Notes under the pieces: model-generated
Databases searched by the model: none
What the model was told of the DNA's origin: nothing
The model's input: the letters and a program-made list of their open reading frames with translations, nothing else
Translations under genes and position numbers: made by a program
Virus record (IMG/VR): IMGVR_UViG_3300017645_000007
Span: 1 to 41,124 of that record
Reading direction: 5' to 3' (one strand)
Source of the DNA: a virus
Taxonomy: Duplodnaviria; Caudoviricetes
DNA: 41,124 nucleotides
Shown: positions 1 through 8,766 of the stretch, piece after piece
How positions within the stretch are numbered: the stretch's first letter is position 1
Layout: every line of letters begins with the position of its first letter

Positions 1-332
1 ATCCGCTTCAGAAGCGCATCATCGATCTGCTGGATGTCGAGCGGATCGAGCCAGGGCCGCAGCTGACCGATGCTGACGCCGTAGCGTTTTATGGTGGCGG
101 GCCGCGCGCCGGAACGCTGTATCCACGGCAGCCAGCCGACGAAGGCTTCCTTCCAGCTGGTCGGAGGCGCTTCGCCGTAGATGATCTGGTTCTGGATCGC
201 CTCGCGGCGCGCCTTCAGGCGCCGTTCCGCGACTGCTTCAGAGCGAGTTCGTAGGCTTTCTCGATATTCGATGCCGGCGACCTTGAAACGCGCCCAGCAG
301 ATGCCGCCCCGCCGGTAGATGTTTTTGGCCAC
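1..332 (-). CDS. int: Tyrosine recombinase/phage integrase, N-terminal part (runs off the window)
   Basis: Manual translation from GTG at 332: MAKNIYRRGGICWARFKVAGIEYRESLRTRSEAVAERRLKARRE...SWKEAFVGWL...RPATIKRYGVSIGQLRPWL, resembling arm-binding plus core-binding domains; overlaps the xis-like gene; catalytic domain not in window. Confidence 0.8.
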   Translation of the reverse strand, partial: MAKNIYRRGGICWARFKVAGIEYRESLRTRSEAVAERRLKARREAIQNQIIYGEAPPTSWKEAFVGWLPWIQRSGARPATIKRYGVSIGQLRPWLDPLDIQQIDDALLKR

Positions 333-538
333 GGCCCCCGCCCCTTCACCTCGGTCGCGCGCGCGAGTCGGCGCAGCGCCGCAATATCATAAGTCCACCG
401 GCCGAACATTTTCGCCGCCCCCGGTATAAGGCCACGCGCGGCCTTTTCCTGCAGGACGCGCCGCCCCAGTCCGGTGATGGCGGCCGCCTCCGCCGTGCGG
501 CACCGCTCCGGAGCAACCGGATCAGGCGATCGGGCCAT
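215..538 (-). CDS. xis: Excisionase-like wHTH protein
   Basis: ATG 538; CRTAEAAAITGLGRRVLQEKAARGLIPGAAKMFGRWTYD is a MerR/Xis-type HTH; overlaps the int 5' end. Confidence 0.75.
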   Translation of the reverse strand: MARSPDPVAPERCRTAEAAAITGLGRRVLQEKAARGLIPGAAKMFGRWTYDIAALRRLARATEVKGRGPWPKTSTGGAASAGRVSRSPASNIEKAYELALKQSRNGA

Positions 539-539
539 T

Positions 540-1229
540 TCAGCGCTGCTCTCCCCCGGCGCGCGCATCACATGCCGGATTTTCGTTCGCCGCCTTTGGC
601 CGGGGCGGTATCCAGAAGGTGGGCGCGTATGGCAGGCGGGGTGCCTGTTTGTCCCAGACGAGCCACATATAATCGACTTTTCCGCCGGAAAAGGCGCGCT
701 TGCCGAGATGCTCGATCCTGTCACCCGGCGGCATCGAGGGCCGTTCGCCGAGGATGTAGATCGAGGGCGGAAAATCGGTGAACAGGCGGACGCGACCGGC
801 GCTGGCGAGCCATTTGACGGGCAGGAGAGCCGCGACCTTGTGGGTGGCGATCGCGAGCGCCTTGCGGACGAACCGTTCGGCCAGGCCGCGCACGAGCTGG
901 CCATTCTGGCAGCTGAAGGGCGGGTTCATGATGATCGACAGCGGGTGCCAGTGCTCGAGCAGGAGCATCTGATCTCCGAGGAAATCGTGCTCGTTGAGGA
1001 AGAGCGCGCTGTCGGTGCGCCGGAATTTGTCGGTGCCGAACGCCATGAGGCCGCGATCGGCGAGCACTGTCGGGATGGTGCAGGACCCGCACGCCGGATC
1101 GATATAATGGACGTGAAGCTCGAGGGTGACGAAGTCACAGAGGCGCTCGGTCACCCATGGTTGTTCGACGTAGAAGTCCCATGGGTGTCGATCGCCGCCG
1201 GCGGGCGGAGCGGAGAGTTCGGCGTTCAT
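540..1229 (-). CDS. Orphan DNA amino-methyltransferase (probably N6-adenine)
   Basis: Motif I IDPACGS followed by motif IV IIMNPPF; ATG 1229 overlaps the upstream stop. Confidence 0.85.
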   Translation of the reverse strand: MNAELSAPPAGGDRHPWDFYVEQPWVTERLCDFVTLELHVHYIDPACGSCTIPTVLADRGLMAFGTDKFRRTDSALFLNEHDFLGDQMLLLEHWHPLSIIMNPPFSCQNGQLVRGLAERFVRKALAIATHKVAALLPVKWLASAGRVRLFTDFPPSIYILGERPSMPPGDRIEHLGKRAFSGGKVDYMWLVWDKQAPRLPYAPTFWIPPRPKAANENPACDARAGGEQR

Positions 1230-1450
1230 CGGCCGACATCCCCGAAGCCGCATGGATCGAATGTGCGCTGACCGTCTTCCTCCATGCAAATATCGACGTG
1301 CAGGCTATTCGGATGCGAGGGATCGAGTTCAGAGGCGCTGTACGCCCTCTCCATCCATTTTTCAGCCGCCCATCGGGTGCCGAATTTGGCGACGTCGCAC
1401 TCGCCCTGATATCCGGCGTTTTCTACGACCACATACTGAATGCCCATCAC
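1226..1450 (-). CDS. Hypothetical phage protein
   Basis: 74 aa ORF coupled by start/stop overlaps on both sides. Confidence 0.65.
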   Translation of the reverse strand: MMGIQYVVVENAGYQGECDVAKFGTRWAAEKWMERAYSASELDPSHPNSLHVDICMEEDGQRTFDPCGFGDVGR

Positions 1451-2820
1451 AGCGCTCCTGTGGCGACGCCGCCCAGCGTGAAGGAGGGGTCGGCGCGGTG
1501 GAGGGGGGTGTTGCTCACGAGGCGTGCGCCGGCGCGCGCGGCGGCGAGGCGCTCCTCAAAGCTCTTGGGGCGCGCGGCTTCGGCGCGGCGCGCGGCGGCG
1601 AGTTCGGCGAGGAGGATTTCCTTCGCGCGATCGGCGCCATGCTCGCGGCAAAGCGCGCGGTAGCGGTAAATGTTCGCGGCGCCGGCCGGGAGCCATTTGG
1701 CTTTGCGTGCCGCCTTCAGCGCCGCCGGCGATCGGCCGCCGCGATCGGGCGGTGGCAGGTGCTCGCCCTTGGCCGAGAGCTCGGCGGCGAGCTGATCCCG
1801 AATGCGGTAAGCGCTGGATTTGCCGATTGCGAGCTCGTTGGCTGCACGGGCCACCGGTTCGCGCGCGAGGAGCCGCCGGCGCAGCTCGGCAACGAGATCC
1901 GGCGGAATGAAGCTTACCGAGTCACGAATGACGCGCCGGCGGCCGGCGGCGTCACAGCCGGGCAGCGTCTGCCCTTTGCGCGCGAGACGGCGGACCAGCC
2001 TGGAACGGATGCGCAGGCATTGGCTGTGGCTGATGCCGGTCTTCTCCGAGATTTTCGCTGATCCGTATCCCTGCAGGAACAGGGCCTCGGCTTCGCGCTT
2101 GAGTGCGGGGGAGTGCTTGCGCCCCGAATAGGTTTCGCCGCCACCATGTGCCGGCAGGAGCCGCAATTTTCGCTGGGCTTTCAGATCGGCCTCCAGCCGC
2201 CGGCGGTGATGGCTGATGCAACTGGCGCTGATGCCCATCTGCCGCTGAATTTCGACGTGGCGGGTGCCGGCGAGAAGCATTTCGCGCAGGCGCTGGACGT
2301 CGCGGGCGAGAAGGCCGCCGGCATCGTCGCGCTTCGCCGGGGTGCGACCGGCTGCGACGCATTCGGCGTAGGTGATGGCGTTGGTCGCCGTCGATTCGCA
2401 GACGCCGAACTCGCGCCCGATCCGGGCATAGCTCCAGCCCTGCCGGCGAAGATCGAGGGCGCGCCGCATGTCCTTGCCCTCGAGCGGCGGCCGGCGCCCG
2501 GCAGGAACAGCCAGGGGATACTTCATGCCGCGTTTGATGGCCTGCTGCCGGATCGCCAGGATATTACGCGACGGCAGGAGGGCCGCGCAGGCCTCGGCGC
2601 CCTGCACGGGATAGGTGCGCTCGAGGATATCGACCTCGGCCGCAGTCCAGCGGCGCTTCGGGTTGATCTCGACTGCAAGGCCCAAGCCAAAGGCGATCTG
2701 CGCGATCGCGGCACGGCTGCGATCGGGAAGCGCCTCGACGCACCCATCGATGCCTCGTTTCGGGTAGATTTCACGGACGAGCGCCTTTTCGTCCTCCGTC
2801 CATCGTTTGCCACGCATCAT
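1447..2820 (-). CDS. DNA-binding protein with two Myb/SANT-like repeats and several HTH repeats
   Basis: RWTEDEKALV and RWTAAEVDIL repeats, then HTH-like segments (GWSYARIGREFGV, RHVEIQRQMGIS, GSAKISEKTGIS, VARAANELAIG). Confidence 0.75.
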   Translation of the reverse strand: MMRGKRWTEDEKALVREIYPKRGIDGCVEALPDRSRAAIAQIAFGLGLAVEINPKRRWTAAEVDILERTYPVQGAEACAALLPSRNILAIRQQAIKRGMKYPLAVPAGRRPPLEGKDMRRALDLRRQGWSYARIGREFGVCESTATNAITYAECVAAGRTPAKRDDAGGLLARDVQRLREMLLAGTRHVEIQRQMGISASCISHHRRRLEADLKAQRKLRLLPAHGGGETYSGRKHSPALKREAEALFLQGYGSAKISEKTGISHSQCLRIRSRLVRRLARKGQTLPGCDAAGRRRVIRDSVSFIPPDLVAELRRRLLAREPVARAANELAIGKSSAYRIRDQLAAELSAKGEHLPPPDRGGRSPAALKAARKAKWLPAGAANIYRYRALCREHGADRAKEILLAELAAARRAEAARPKSFEERLAAARAGARLVSNTPLHRADPSFTLGGVATGAL

Positions 2821-3008
2821 GGCCGTTTCCTTCCTGAACCGGGTTTTCGGCCGAGGCGTTTGAGGCCCAGCTCACTCGCGGCGGCGCGGATGGCGCATTT
2901 GGTGCGCCGGGGAAGGGCGGGCGCGCAGAGGCGCGTGCCGCCGGTGGGATAGAGGCGGGCGAGGAGACGGACCTCCTCCCCCGTCCATTCGGGGGCGAAG
3001 CCGGGCAT
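2817..3008 (-). CDS. Small single Myb/SANT-like repeat protein
   Basis: EWTGEEVRLLARLYPTGG...LPRRTKCAIRAAASELGL matches the repeats of the downstream gene. Confidence 0.7.
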   Translation of the reverse strand: MPGFAPEWTGEEVRLLARLYPTGGTRLCAPALPRRTKCAIRAAASELGLKRLGRKPGSGRKRP

Positions 3009-3520
3009 CAGAAGGGCACCTCGTCCTCAGCCGCGCGGCGGTAGCGGACAATGCCGTGGGTCGCGATCGTGATCTCGAAAGTCGGTTCGAGCACGAAGAG
3101 GGGGCATCCCGGATTGGCAGCCGAGAGCCGCCGGGCCTCGCGCTCGGCCGCTTCCTGTGTAATGTGCTGAAAGCGCGGTGGCGTCTTGCCTTCGGGTGAC
3201 CAGACGACGCAGAAAACCGGCTCCTGTTCCAACTCGGACCGGCCTTTTGCTGCGCGCTGATCGGCGAGTTTTTCGCCAAGGCGGCGCACGTCATCATAAC
3301 GGTAGAGAAGGACGTTATCGCCCGCCTCGAATTTCAGCCGGTCGCTAGAGAGCAGGCTTGTGATGACGAGCGGTGCCGCGAGCTTCAGCGCTTCCCTGAC
3401 GTCTTCCATGTCGTTCGCAACGATGTGGTGGCGGGCGTGAAAATGGTTGGCGAGCGCGTGATGCGTTCGCGTGTCATACATGTCATCTTCCGCTGCGCCG
3501 AAGAGGATGGTGGCGGGCAT
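3008..3520 (-). CDS. Hypothetical phage protein
   Basis: 170 aa ORF, translationally coupled, ends in DEVPF. Confidence 0.7.
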   Translation of the reverse strand: MPATILFGAAEDDMYDTRTHHALANHFHARHHIVANDMEDVREALKLAAPLVITSLLSSDRLKFEAGDNVLLYRYDDVRRLGEKLADQRAAKGRSELEQEPVFCVVWSPEGKTPPRFQHITQEAAEREARRLSAANPGCPLFVLEPTFEITIATHGIVRYRRAAEDEVPF

Positions 3521-3813
3521 CAGGCTTCTCCTGCTCTTTTGCGCGCGGCGCGGAGCCAGTTGTGGAGCGCGCCGGCAATGCCGCTGGTGCTGGTCGAGCG
3601 TATGCCGGCGATCTTGACGCCGCAGCCGTCCGAGCGGTTGTTAATGGTGGCGCCGACGCTGTCGTGAAGCGCCAGAGCGAGGTTCTCCATCACGTCGCGC
3701 CGGCGGCGGTGCCAATCGCTTATGTCCTTGGCGGCCGAGTAAGGGCCGACCTCGGCATCGGCCCGTTCGAGCGCGTCGCGGACGTGGTCGATCAGGGGCT
3801 GAAGGCGGCGCAT
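3520..3813 (-). CDS. Hypothetical phage protein
   Basis: 97 aa ORF with TGATG overlaps. Confidence 0.7.
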   Translation of the reverse strand: MRRLQPLIDHVRDALERADAEVGPYSAAKDISDWHRRRRDVMENLALALHDSVGATINNRSDGCGVKIAGIRSTSTSGIAGALHNWLRAARKRAGEA

Positions 3814-4052
3814 CAGGCCAGCCCCAGCGCGGCGGCGTAGGTTTCGAGGAGGGCGTTCGCCTCGTCGCGCGTGTGCTTTTCCATGCGGCGCAGCTTGACG
3901 ATCTGGCGCATCGTCTTGCCGTCGAAGCCCTGCGATTTCGCCTCGGCGTAGACGTCGCGGATGTCGTCGGCGAGGCTGCTCTTCTCCTCCTCGAGGCGCT
4001 CGATGCGTTCGATGAAGAGGCGCAGCTGATCGGCTGCAACGATGTCGGGCAT
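3813..4052 (-). CDS. gapR: GapR-like (DUF2312) nucleoid-associated DNA-binding protein
   Basis: AADQLRLFIERIERLEEEK...DIRDVYAEAKSQGFDGKTMRQIVKLR is the DUF2312/GapR signature; RBS GAAAGGA upstream. Confidence 0.92.
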   Translation of the reverse strand: MPDIVAADQLRLFIERIERLEEEKSSLADDIRDVYAEAKSQGFDGKTMRQIVKLRRMEKHTRDEANALLETYAAALGLA

Positions 4053-4066
4053 GCTGTTTCCTTTCG

Positions 4067-4324
4067 TTAAAGTTGGGCGTGGAGGGCGGTGAGCTCGGCG
4101 ATCAGGACGCCGAGCTGGTCACGGGTCAGCGCGGTCATCAGCGCGTCGGGTTCGAAGGCCGGATCGTCGGCTTGCGGGCGGAAGAGGAGCACGGCGCCGC
4201 CGGCCTCGGCGGCCGGCCAGGCGGTGAGGCGCAGGCCGGTGTGGACGAAGGTGCGCCACGGCTCGCTATCGCCGGCGGTGAAGCGGCCGTAGCCCTCCGC
4301 GTCGACCAGGAGGGGCGCGATCAC
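4067..4324 (-). CDS. Hypothetical phage protein
   Basis: 85 aa ORF overlapping the upstream stop. Confidence 0.6.
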   Translation of the reverse strand: MIAPLLVDAEGYGRFTAGDSEPWRTFVHTGLRLTAWPAAEAGGAVLLFRPQADDPAFEPDALMTALTRDQLGVLIAELTALHAQL

Positions 4325-4530
4325 AGCAGCACCACCGCGATGAGGGCCACGAGGACGCTCGACACGAAGCCGACCGTCAGGCCGTCAAAAAAGGCGTGCG
4401 GGTGGGCCGGTCCGGCGTCGCGGCGAGCGGGGGCGGTGCGGACGGCAAGCGGCGGCTTGCACGCGCGGCAGCGGCACCATTCGTCGTGGATGGTGCCGGC
4501 GCCCCGGCCGGGCAGTCCTTCTTTGGGCAT
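4321..4530 (-). CDS. Small protein with CxCxxC motif and C-terminal TM helix
   Basis: ATG 4530 (TGATG overlap): MPKEGL...WCRCRACKP...LTVGFVSSVLVALIAVVLL. Confidence 0.6.
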   Translation of the reverse strand: MPKEGLPGRGAGTIHDEWCRCRACKPPLAVRTAPARRDAGPAHPHAFFDGLTVGFVSSVLVALIAVVLL

Positions 4531-4958
4531 CACCGCCTCCCGCCCCGGGCGAGGTCCTGCTCGCAGCGCGTGCAGAGCGTCGGGTCCTCGGCCGACCAGC
4601 TGGTGTCGTCCCCTGCGCGATCGGGCTGGACGGTCCATTCGTCCCAGCCGCAGCGCCGGCAGAGGCGCGGATGCTGCTCGGGCGGCAGGGAGGCGAGCTG
4701 GACGTAGACGTCGGCGCTGAACGGGAAGGCGCGCGGTATGTCGAGATCGTGGACGCGCTTCATCACCGTGCCCGTCTGCTCGAAGAAGCGGAGGTTCTCC
4801 TCGCAGTCGGCGCGATGCTCGGGGCGGTGCCAGAAGGGGCGCGCGGCCTGCTCGATGGTGAGGCCGGCGGCTTCGCGGCGCAGGCGCAGATAGTCCCACG
4901 GCCGGATCGGATCGGGCCGGAACAACTCGGGTGCGCGCGCGGCGGTGGCGTGACGCAT
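4530..4958 (-). CDS. XRE-type HTH protein with C-terminal zinc finger
   Basis: YLRLRREAAGLTIEQAA HTH; CRRC...CTRC; RBS AAGGAG. Confidence 0.75.
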   Translation of the reverse strand: MRHATAARAPELFRPDPIRPWDYLRLRREAAGLTIEQAARPFWHRPEHRADCEENLRFFEQTGTVMKRVHDLDIPRAFPFSADVYVQLASLPPEQHPRLCRRCGWDEWTVQPDRAGDDTSWSAEDPTLCTRCEQDLARGGRR

Positions 4959-5016
4959 GGTCAGTCTCCTTGAGGATGGCGCGGACGGGGCCGCGACGGG
5001 AACGGGGCGATGAACA

Positions 5017-7749
5017 TCAGGCCGCGCCCCTCGGCTCGCCGCCGGGGCGGCGGAAAATCCAGCAATGCACCGATTTGCCGGTGCGGCTGTTGACGGAGCC
5101 GACGCCTACGAAGGGCCGGCTTTTCGAGGTTTTCAGGTGACGGAGGAGATCGGTGTGGGCCGGGATCGTCAGCCGCCGATCGGCGCAGCGCTGCTCGAAC
5201 TCGCCCAGGCGGACGGCTATCAGGCCGGGATCGCGGTGGTGATTGATCGGGTGGCTGCTGTCGGCGCCCTCCAACTCCTCGAGGAAATCATAGCGCTCCC
5301 AGAACAGCGCTACGTCGGGATGCTCGGCCGAGACGGCGAGCTGGCGCTGGCAGGCCATGTCGCGGATCAGCTGCGCGGTTTGCGCGTGCTGCTCGCGGGT
5401 CAGGCTGGGGAGGATCAGGCGGAGCGCATCGAGGAAGGCGAGCAGCTGGCCGTGGGTTTTGGCGAGACGGTTGGTGCGGATCTCGGGCAGGCCCAGCAGG
5501 GCATGTTCGTAACGGCCGAACGCCTGGCGAAAGCAGGTGAGGATATCGGCTTCGCGGCGGACGGCGTGGATGATGAAGCCCGACACCTTCTCGATCGGCC
5601 ATTGTTCTAGGCGCTGGGCGGCTTCCTTGGTGTCGTCGGACCAGCCGGTCATGTCGAAGCCGAGTGACATGATCCGCTCGAGGATCGCGCGGCTGGCGCT
5701 GACTGGCTCGTTCTGCTCGATGACGATCGCGCCGCGAAAGGGCGGCTCGAACGTCTCCATGCCGCCATTCTTGACGCCGCGCGAGCGGACAGACCGGCCG
5801 TTATAGGCGGTCTTCAGCTCCTCCCATTCGAACTTGCGGGCGTGGCTCGCCTCGTCGCGGCGATCGCCCTCGATCAGGACGACGGGGAGGTTGCCCACCT
5901 TGCCGAGGTTGCGCGCGATCGCCGCCGGCGTGGCCTTGGCGGGGTCAAAGCCCTCGTAATTTTCGCGGCCGAAAAGCTTCCAGAGGAACTCGACAAGTGT
6001 GGTCTTCCCGGTGCCGGGGAGGCCGAACATTTCGAGGAATGGGAAGCTTTTTTGATCGCGGCGAACCTGCTCGGCGAACAGGCTGGCGAACCAGAAAGTG
6101 AGGACGACGATCCCTTTCGCCCCGTAGGCGGTCCAGAGATCCGAGAGCCAGCTGGTGTCGAGCGCCTCGGCGTCATAATCGATGTCGAGCAGGCGTTCGG
6201 ACGTGCCGAGCTTGAGCGCGACGTCACCCAGCTCGAAATAGGCTTCCTCGTTTGGCTTGTAGACGCGGCCCTTGCGGACGGCGATCTCGCCGAAGACGTA
6301 GGATTCGCTGTCGCGATCGTAGCCGGTGAAGGCAAGCGGCTGGACGTCAGCGATCCGCGGCGTTTGCCGCTGCATGATGCGATCGAGATGATATTGCGAG
6401 CCGGTCCAGATCGCGCCGGTGCCGATTGCGAAGAGGCGTTTTTTGAACTCGGCGGCGGTGGTGAGCGCGGCGGCGGAGAAGGCGCCCTTGGTCGACGGGC
6501 GGCCGCGCGAGCTTCCGGCGGGAAAATCGACCTGCAGGAAGTAAGCTGTTTCATCGGTGGCGTCGTCGCGCTGCCGATAGAGGGCACGGAAGGTGACGTT
6601 GGCTATCTTCTCGATCCGCAGCGCCTCGCGCGCGGCCTGTTCGCGGATTTCGGCCTCGCGCGCCGGATCGGGCTCCTTGAGCTCCTTGCCGCGCGTGGCC
6701 TGTCGGTAGGCGTCGACGCGCTCCTCGACCTCGCCGGCGTCGATCGACGCCCAGTAGGTTTCGGTGCCGAAGGTGAAATGGAAGCTGGCGAGGCGGTGGC
6801 GTTCCCAGATCAGGTGGGCCTTGTCTGTCGCGGTCGGCGCAATCAGGACCTCGCCGTTCCACAGATAATCGGCGCGCCGGCCGGCATCGAGGCGATCGCG
6901 GATGAGGCAGTCGTTCCAGTCGAGCTTCTGGCCGTCCTCGCCCTCCTCGCGCGTCTGGGCGGCGCCGCAGGTCCAGCCCTCCTCGCGGGCGCGCTTGACA
7001 TATTCGCGGATGTACCTGGTGCCGGTGCCGCCGAGATCGAGCGCCCAGATCAGCTTCGGTGATTTTTGCGGGGTCGGCCCCTCGGCGATCGCGATGCGGA
7101 GCTGGCGCAGCGCGTCCTCGGGGTAGAAATAGGCCGACATGATCGAGACGGCGCGCTGGCCGGCCTGCTCGAGCGCGAGCGCGTCGAAGATGCCTTCGAC
7201 GATCCAGATGGTGTCGCCGGCGGCGAGCGCGGCGAAGCTGACGTCGGGGCGCTGCCACCACTGGCCTTTCACCGTCTTTCCGGGGCAGAAACGGGCCTTT
7301 CGATCGAAGCGGCCGGGCTGGTCGATCAGCCTTTCCCACCATCCGCCGCCGGGGAGCGGGAAGCGGACGGTGGCCGAGACGCGGTTCGTCGTCTGGCAGC
7401 GATAGGTTTCCTGCGCGTAGGCGCCGCGCAGGCCGCGCAGATCGAGGCCGCGCGCGTGGGCGAGATAGGCGTCGGCGGCGGCGTTCGGTTCGGCCTCGCT
7501 GGCCTGGTAGCGGTTCGACCAGGAGTCGAATATCTCGGGGTAGAGTTCGCGGACCGACCGCTCGTAGCCGCAGCTGTTCTGGCGGCCGCATTTGACGACG
7601 CGGGGCGTCACCGCGTGCGTGTAGACCTCGTTCTTCTTGCAGTCGGGGCAGCGGCCGCCCGACAACCAGGTGCCGCCCTTCTTCTTCCACCGGAAATCGG
7701 CGTCGAGGCGCTTGAGCACTTCGCTGTGTATGTCTGTGCTCGTCGTCAT
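5017..7749 (-). CDS. Primase-helicase (Zn-binding + TOPRIM + helicase), P4 alpha-like replication protein
   Basis: CPDC...CGRQNSC Zn finger; TOPRIM IWIVEGIFDALAL and DWND; Walker A GLPGTGKTT, Walker B VLIEGD. Confidence 0.92.
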   Translation of the reverse strand: MTTSTDIHSEVLKRLDADFRWKKKGGTWLSGGRCPDCKKNEVYTHAVTPRVVKCGRQNSCGYERSVRELYPEIFDSWSNRYQASEAEPNAAADAYLAHARGLDLRGLRGAYAQETYRCQTTNRVSATVRFPLPGGGWWERLIDQPGRFDRKARFCPGKTVKGQWWQRPDVSFAALAAGDTIWIVEGIFDALALEQAGQRAVSIMSAYFYPEDALRQLRIAIAEGPTPQKSPKLIWALDLGGTGTRYIREYVKRAREEGWTCGAAQTREEGEDGQKLDWNDCLIRDRLDAGRRADYLWNGEVLIAPTATDKAHLIWERHRLASFHFTFGTETYWASIDAGEVEERVDAYRQATRGKELKEPDPAREAEIREQAAREALRIEKIANVTFRALYRQRDDATDETAYFLQVDFPAGSSRGRPSTKGAFSAAALTTAAEFKKRLFAIGTGAIWTGSQYHLDRIMQRQTPRIADVQPLAFTGYDRDSESYVFGEIAVRKGRVYKPNEEAYFELGDVALKLGTSERLLDIDYDAEALDTSWLSDLWTAYGAKGIVVLTFWFASLFAEQVRRDQKSFPFLEMFGLPGTGKTTLVEFLWKLFGRENYEGFDPAKATPAAIARNLGKVGNLPVVLIEGDRRDEASHARKFEWEELKTAYNGRSVRSRGVKNGGMETFEPPFRGAIVIEQNEPVSASRAILERIMSLGFDMTGWSDDTKEAAQRLEQWPIEKVSGFIIHAVRREADILTCFRQAFGRYEHALLGLPEIRTNRLAKTHGQLLAFLDALRLILPSLTREQHAQTAQLIRDMACQRQLAVSAEHPDVALFWERYDFLEELEGADSSHPINHHRDPGLIAVRLGEFEQRCADRRLTIPAHTDLLRHLKTSKSRPFVGVGSVNSRTGKSVHCWIFRRPGGEPRGAA

Positions 7750-7844
7750 AAGCGGGTGGCGATCTCTCGGGGCAAGGGGGCGGCGGTCCCGCCGACAGGG
7801 CCGGCGGGCGGGGATGTTTCGAAAAGGCGGGGATCAGGCCGGCG

Positions 7845-8189
7845 TCAGCCGGTGGCGCTGGCGCGCGTCACGTCGTCATTTGCCGGGCGCGGCACCTCCG
7901 GGCCGCCGGGATCGTTCGCCGGGCGCGGCGGGCCGGCCGGCCGCGTGTAGACGGGCAGGTCGAGGCCGGGCTTCGGCGTGGCGCTGGGCGCGAGCGTGTG
8001 GACGAAGCTGAGCGCGGCCTTCCAGCGATGGCCGCAATCGAAATTTCTGCATTCGTAGAACAGCTCGTCATAAGTCGCGGTGATCGATTTTCGGCTGGCC
8101 ACTCGTGCGATCCAGTCGCAATGCGGGCAGCGGCTGAAGACATTCCGCACGGTCGGGCGGCCGCGTGTGCGGCCGGAAAGTTTCGGCAT
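7845..8189 (-). CDS. ogr: Ogr/Delta-like zinc-finger late-gene activator
   Basis: ATG 8189; CPHC...ELFYECRNFDCGHRW...TLAPSATP. Confidence 0.9.
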   Translation of the reverse strand: MPKLSGRTRGRPTVRNVFSRCPHCDWIARVASRKSITATYDELFYECRNFDCGHRWKAALSFVHTLAPSATPKPGLDLPVYTRPAGPPRPANDPGGPEVPRPANDDVTRASATG

Positions 8190-8668
8190 CAGGGCAATCC
8201 CCCCTCGTTCACGTCGTTCCGGCGCCCCGCGCGCAGGATGGCGAGCGTGTTTGTGAGGGCGTCCATCGCTTCGACGACTTCCTTTTCGGCGATCGCGCGT
8301 TCGGCGGTTGAGGCGCCCGGTCTTGTGGCGGCGACGAGGGCGGCGTGCGCCTCCCCGCCTTCCTTGATGACTGTGACGGTCTTGCGCGCCAGTTCCTCGG
8401 TGCAGGCGGCGAGCGCGACCGAGTCGGCGCGCAGGCGCAGCGCGTAGCAGGCGAGCAGCGGCGCGCCGTCGCCGCCGGCGGCGGTGTAAGCGGCGTCGAG
8501 GGCGAGGGCGGCCTCCATCGTGACGGCGGCGGCGATCTCGATCTCGCTCCACGCGCGCACGGTGCGCTCGGAGCGCCTGGCGTGGCGGGCGACATCGTCC
8601 CAGCCGATCACGCCGGCGATCTTGGCGATGGCGGCCTCGAAGCTGAGCGGCGGGCGAAGCTTGGTCAT
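8189..8668 (-). CDS. CII-like phage regulatory protein
   Basis: ATG 8668; N-terminal HTH (VARHARRSERTVRAW) and helical C-terminus; position downstream of cro. Confidence 0.65.
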   Translation of the reverse strand: MTKLRPPLSFEAAIAKIAGVIGWDDVARHARRSERTVRAWSEIEIAAAVTMEAALALDAAYTAAGGDGAPLLACYALRLRADSVALAACTEELARKTVTVIKEGGEAHAALVAATRPGASTAERAIAEKEVVEAMDALTNTLAILRAGRRNDVNEGGLP

Positions 8669-8766
8669 CGCGCGCCGATCCCGATCGCGAGCGTGCCCCA
8701 CAGCGTCAGGCAGGCGAGGAGGATCAGGATGCGATCCCAGCGGGGCGAGAGGCGGCGGCGGTTCAT
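8665..8766 (-). CDS. Small membrane peptide (33 aa), absent from the ORF track
   Basis: MNRRRLSPRWDRILILLACLTLWGTLAIGIGAR; ATGA overlaps at both ends. Confidence 0.55.
   Translation of the reverse strand: MNRRRLSPRWDRILILLACLTLWGTLAIGIGAR

Noticed and set aside
539-904. Upstream extension of the 229-aa ORF 215..904
   Set aside because: Out-of-frame overlap with the MTase; xis most likely starts at 538
5065-7950. Plus-strand and alternate-frame ORFs over the primase-helicase
   Set aside because: Shadow ORFs caused by high GC
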